Both the position numbers and the translations under genes were made by a program. A stretch of DNA of 64,000 nt from the human T2T-CHM13v2.0 reference genome, Homo sapiens. Numbering within the stretch: position 1 is the stretch's first letter; each line of letters opens with the position of its first letter. Shown piece by piece: positions 59,701-64,000 of the stretch. The notes below the pieces were generated by a model. It was not told the origin of the DNA and did not search any database. It was given only the letters and a program-made list of their open reading frames with translations. Where the stretch lies: the NCBI RefSeq assembly GCF_009914755.1, contig NC_060929.1. One strand, 5' to 3'.

Positions 59701-61729
59701 TCTGACTTCTTTCCCTCGAGTAGCCACTCCAGTGTGTGTAGAAAGTGACCAACCATGCTCTCCCAGGCTTCTTCTCCAATCCCCAGACCAAAGGGACCCC
59801 ACTTCTACAGCCCATCCTTGAATGACTGGGTTGTGGTCTGTCCCTATCCAGGTTACTCTCCTGACCTTGGTTCTATTAGTCATGCATAGCCCCCTGAGCA
59901 CATGTGAATGCTAAAAATGATCTTTCACCACATACATGTGTAACTTCGCAGATGCTTCAGTACCTAACTATCAGCAGCTCCATGGAAGTGGGTCAGGCTG
60001 CTGGTGCGCTTTCCATCGGCTCTCATCTCTTGCTGTGATTTTCACCAGGATGGCTGAGGAGGACCCTCCATGGGGCGGCCTGAGGAAGACATGTCAGTTG
60101 CCTGAACTTCCCCTTGGGGATCCATTCTGCTCATACAAATAGAGAAATCATTGCATCCGCTTCTCACCCAGTGAGGCCCATATTGGCAGTGGCACCTTGT
60201 TAAAATGAAGGACTGTCTTTTGTATTACAGATAATGTGAAACAAACTACATTTTCTGCTTACCGATAATATGCTTTGCTGAAGATAAGGTCCAGGGAGAG
60301 TTCTTGGTAGGTTTACCCTGATTCAAATCCTGTTTTTAAGGAACAGCAGTTTTGAAGATTGTTTTTATAAAGGGAAGGGACAGGAGGAGTTGTATTTTTT
60401 GTTTGGCAGGAAGTACAGTGGAGCAAGTGTGATTTTGAAAATGACTTGCTAACCACAGTGATATTACACATACCTGAAGGCTGCTGACAGAGTATTAAGG
60501 CTGTCCTGGTACACTGCCTTCATGCATCATCTGTTGTTCTGATTACTAACTTCTGCTAGCTTGCTTCCTACTTTAAAGCAGTCTTACTAAGCCACGTGTG
60601 CTGTTTCCCAAACGTCACCCATTCAAATTCCATCTTCCCAATGGGTGCTGTTTCTCTGTACCCTTTGTGCTATTATTTGTTTAATATATTTATTTGACAG
60701 ATTTTTACTTCTTCTAAGAAATAATGTCTGAAATCATGGGTGTGGTGCATCAGTCATATGTATTATATATAGAATTGTATAGAGAGAATTTTATACCTGT
60801 AAAATGAATATATATTGAAGAACATGGACCCCTGTACTTCTTAAAATCTTCCAGGGTTTTACCAGTGGTACTTTCAGTAGTACTGTTAGATGATTTTCAG
60901 TGAGTTCCATTTTTAGAGGAGAAAAATAGGTGAGGGGAAAGCTGGAGATGGGTGGAAGGAAATGAAATTTGTATTAGGAATTGTCTATGTTATTCTCCAG
61001 TATGTTTCTTACATTTTATGAGATGCAGTGAGAATTTGATATTGGTAGTTTTTGTTTTGTTTTGTTGTTGTTGTTGTTTTAGTTTTTTTTTTTCCTAAAC
61101 TATTTTGAAATAGTTTTGTTGTGTGGCTTCTCATTTACCCACTCATTCCTGCATTCATCCATGCAACAAATGCCTGTTGAGCATCCACTCTGTATTAGAC
61201 ACTGAGATACAATAAAGGAAAAGGAGCTTCCTGTTTTTGAGGGGCTCAGAATCCTGACTGGGAAATGCGTAAATAAGTCAATTGTCATGCTCTGGTGGAA
61301 GAAGTGCTAAATTGAGGTGTGAACCAAAGGCTGTGAGAGCACCCAGGAGTTGGTGATTGACAATGTTCAGAAATGTTAGACTGTGTTAGTCATGGTGCTG
61401 GGGCTAAATCAGAAAAAACGAACCGGCTCCAGAACCCCTCCTTTTGAGTTCTGTCTTTATTTCACAGAAAATCACTTGTCTCCTAGAGGGCCAGGAGAGA
61501 TGAATGTTGTGTCTTTCATCCAGAAGGCCCTATTTGACCTTGAAGTGAATCACCTCAAAAATTCCTCTTGTTTTACATGTTGTCCTTTTATAAAGAGAGG
61601 CTTATGCGGCTCAGTGAAAGGGTATGTCCTCGATGTCCTTTTCAGATCTCATGTTTCCTCCTGGATTGCTCTCTGGAAAGGTTTAGTTGTTTAATACTTT
61701 TGCCATGTGCTTAAAGAGACAACCAAATT

Positions 61730-62160
61730 GCTGCAACAAAGATATGTATTCAAGGATGTTCATTGCAGTATTGCTTATGATAACAACTGAAAATATCCTA
61801 AATAACCATCAATGGAAGATTGAGTAAATACATTACAGAAGATGCCATAAGATAATACCAAACTGTCCATTAAAAAGATGAGTAGGATTTGTATATATTG
61901 AGTAGGAGAATTATTCATAATATATACAGTAAAAAATGTAAAGAAGTGAATTAGAGAACCACATGTATAATATTACATTGTTTGTGTAAAAAAATTTGAG
62001 TTAATACACTCTATGCATACAAAGTATGCTAGAATGTATTCCAAACTGTGAGGAGGCTATTGTGGAGAAGGTGGTATGTGAAGTGATTGAAAGGAAATTT
62101 CACATTCTTATTTAAGCGTACACCTGTATTTCATGAATTTTAGATTATTTTTAGAAACAG
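61730..62160 (+). mobile_element. L1ME-like 3' end
   Basis: CAAGGATGTTCATTGCAGTATTGCTTATGATAAC..CCTAAATAACCATCAATGG, followed by A-rich runs. Confidence 0.65.
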
Positions 62161-62859
62161 CCAAAAAAAAAAGAAAGAAAAAAGAAAAAACCAAAAAACC
62201 GGAGGCATATTCAATTGTAGAAATGACCAAAAAAAAAAAAAAATTTGGAAGGGAGACTTGCATAGCAGAGGGAGAACATGCCAGAGGATACAAGTTCATG
62301 AGTCTGGTTCTTCCACTTTGCTCCCAAATGGTTGAATGGTAGCCAGGATGGAACCCATTGTCTTCCTACTCTAACTCAAAATCTTCTCTCTTCCCACATC
62401 CCCCAGTTTTTAACCTTGGCATAGTCCTGGAGGATTCTTCTTTTCCTTATTTACTTGCATTCTACATCCAACTAGCCTCAAAGTATCTTTCATGCATTGT
62501 CATTCTTTCCTTTTTCTTTGTTATTCTTTTGTAATATGTTGTTCTGGCCTATTGGCGTGGCCTTCTTCCAAGTATCCATCTATTATACATTTGTACTCAC
62601 GGCACAGTAATCCTTCTAAAACACAGAGGTAGTCCTTTTTGTTAGCCCTCAAGAGTCTACCTGATGTCGCCTCACCAATTCTGTCCTTTCCTACGCCCTA
62701 CACAAGATTTCTTTCACTCCTTAGGCCATGCTTTGTACCTTTTCTCTTTCATTTTTTTATTCATAGGACTTGCTTCTCCATTTTTTTTTCTACTATGCAA
62801 ACTCTTAAGGTATATTACTTCATGTTATAGTTATGGTGATTGTACTACTCTCCTTTTCT

Positions 62860-63440
62860 CATGCATTCATTCATAGTGTGACTTCTGGGTACCTGGTATC
62901 GTGCTGGGTGCTGAAGATACAACAGACCACCACACCCCTGTCCCCTCCCCAGGCTTAGGCAAAGCCCAAGGAGGCAAGCAAATCATATTTTACAACTTGG
63001 GAGAAGCACTGGGGAGAGACCAAACATAATACCAGGAGAATAATAGCAATGATAGGGTGGGCACAAAAAGGAGGGTGTGGTTAGGAAAAGTCTGTTTGAG
63101 GAGTGACATTTAATTTGGACTTGAAGAGCATAAAGGAGCCAGCCATAGGATGTGGGGGGCAGGGGTGGGTGGGAAGAACATTCCAGGAAGATGGAATATC
63201 GCATAGAAGCAGATGTTCAAAGACCTTGGAGCAAGAAAATGCTTAGCTGTATAAAGGATCTGAAAGAGGAGTTTGGCTGGAGAAAGATGATTGAAAGGCA
63301 CAGTGGCAGAAGATGTTAGAAAAGTAGTAGCCTTAAAAGTTAGGAATTAAAAGTCATGTTATAAATTTTGATTTTATTCTGAGGGCAGTGGCGTGCTGTT
63401 GGAGGGTTTGAAGCAGGGAGGTGAGATTATAAATCCAGCT
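62860..63440 (-). mobile_element. L2 LINE fragment
   Basis: CATTCATTCA..GTGCTGGGTGCTGAAGATACA..GAGGAGTGACATTTAA..TTTGATTTTATTCTGAGGGCAGTGG..GGTTTGAAGCAGGG. Confidence 0.65.
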
Positions 63441-64000
63441 TTATCCCTTTCTGCTTTCCCCCTAGCACCTGTCACAACATCCTGCATATAATTGTTTCTC
63501 AGTAAGTACTTGTTGCATTATTGAATGCTGTGGCTGTGATTGATTATAGAATTAGCCACATGTCAGCATGGTATGAATTTAGTCCTCTTTATCAGTTTTT
63601 ATCCCGCAAGCTCGATAAGTTCATAAAAAGGTAACTTTCTTAGTAATCTCCTATTTTCAGTTCATTAATCACATACTGAATGATGGCTCTGGTTTTGCTT
63701 TAAAAAACAGACGTGATCTCTCTTAAGTATTCTGGATATTTGAACCTTCGTTTAAATCCCACTGAGAGGTTTTAATTTTTTTCTTTAACAAAAGAAGTTT
63801 GAATTTTTGACATCAAAAAAACCACAAAAGTGCTCCTGTCATCTGAACCAAAAGTATATGTATTTGTAGTGACTTAGAACATAAATGGTCCTTGGCAATT
63901 TGTAGATGAAGAAAATGAAGCCCAGAGAGTCTAAGTCCCTTGCGTGCAGTCATTCAGTTTGTTAATACTCGGATTTCCTGGGTTCCACCATGCCCTGCCA

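Overview
Primate (human-like) genomic DNA with no intact host protein-coding exon that I can support. It is rich in Alu, L1PA, THE1/MST/MLT, MER4/MER21, MIR and L2 repeats. The main landmark is a ~2 kb CpG island (~21480-23560) that looks like the promoter and long, uORF-containing non-coding first exon of a + strand gene (strong donor GG|GTGAGT at 22842/22843). The remaining ~41 kb looks like that gene's first intron. I cannot name the gene from sequence alone. Upstream is a full-length (~6.14 kb) L1PA4-like LINE-1 on the minus strand, nested in an older L1MC-type element. Its ORF1 and ORF2 are dead, but its antisense ORF0 is open and points at the CpG island. The best leads are a spacer-extended (non-canonical) REST/RE1 site at 20321-20347, the L1 antisense promoter/ORF0, a candidate TATA-type alternative first exon at ~43470-43588, several uORFs, a ~0.8 kb 12-mer tandem array, and an Alu tail remodelled into an AT-rich minisatellite. 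I see no prokaryotic-type system (CRISPR, operon, phage). The leads are regulatory hypotheses, not a demonstrated new biological system. Repeat subfamily names come from recalled consensus sequences and need RepeatMasker/Dfam confirmation.
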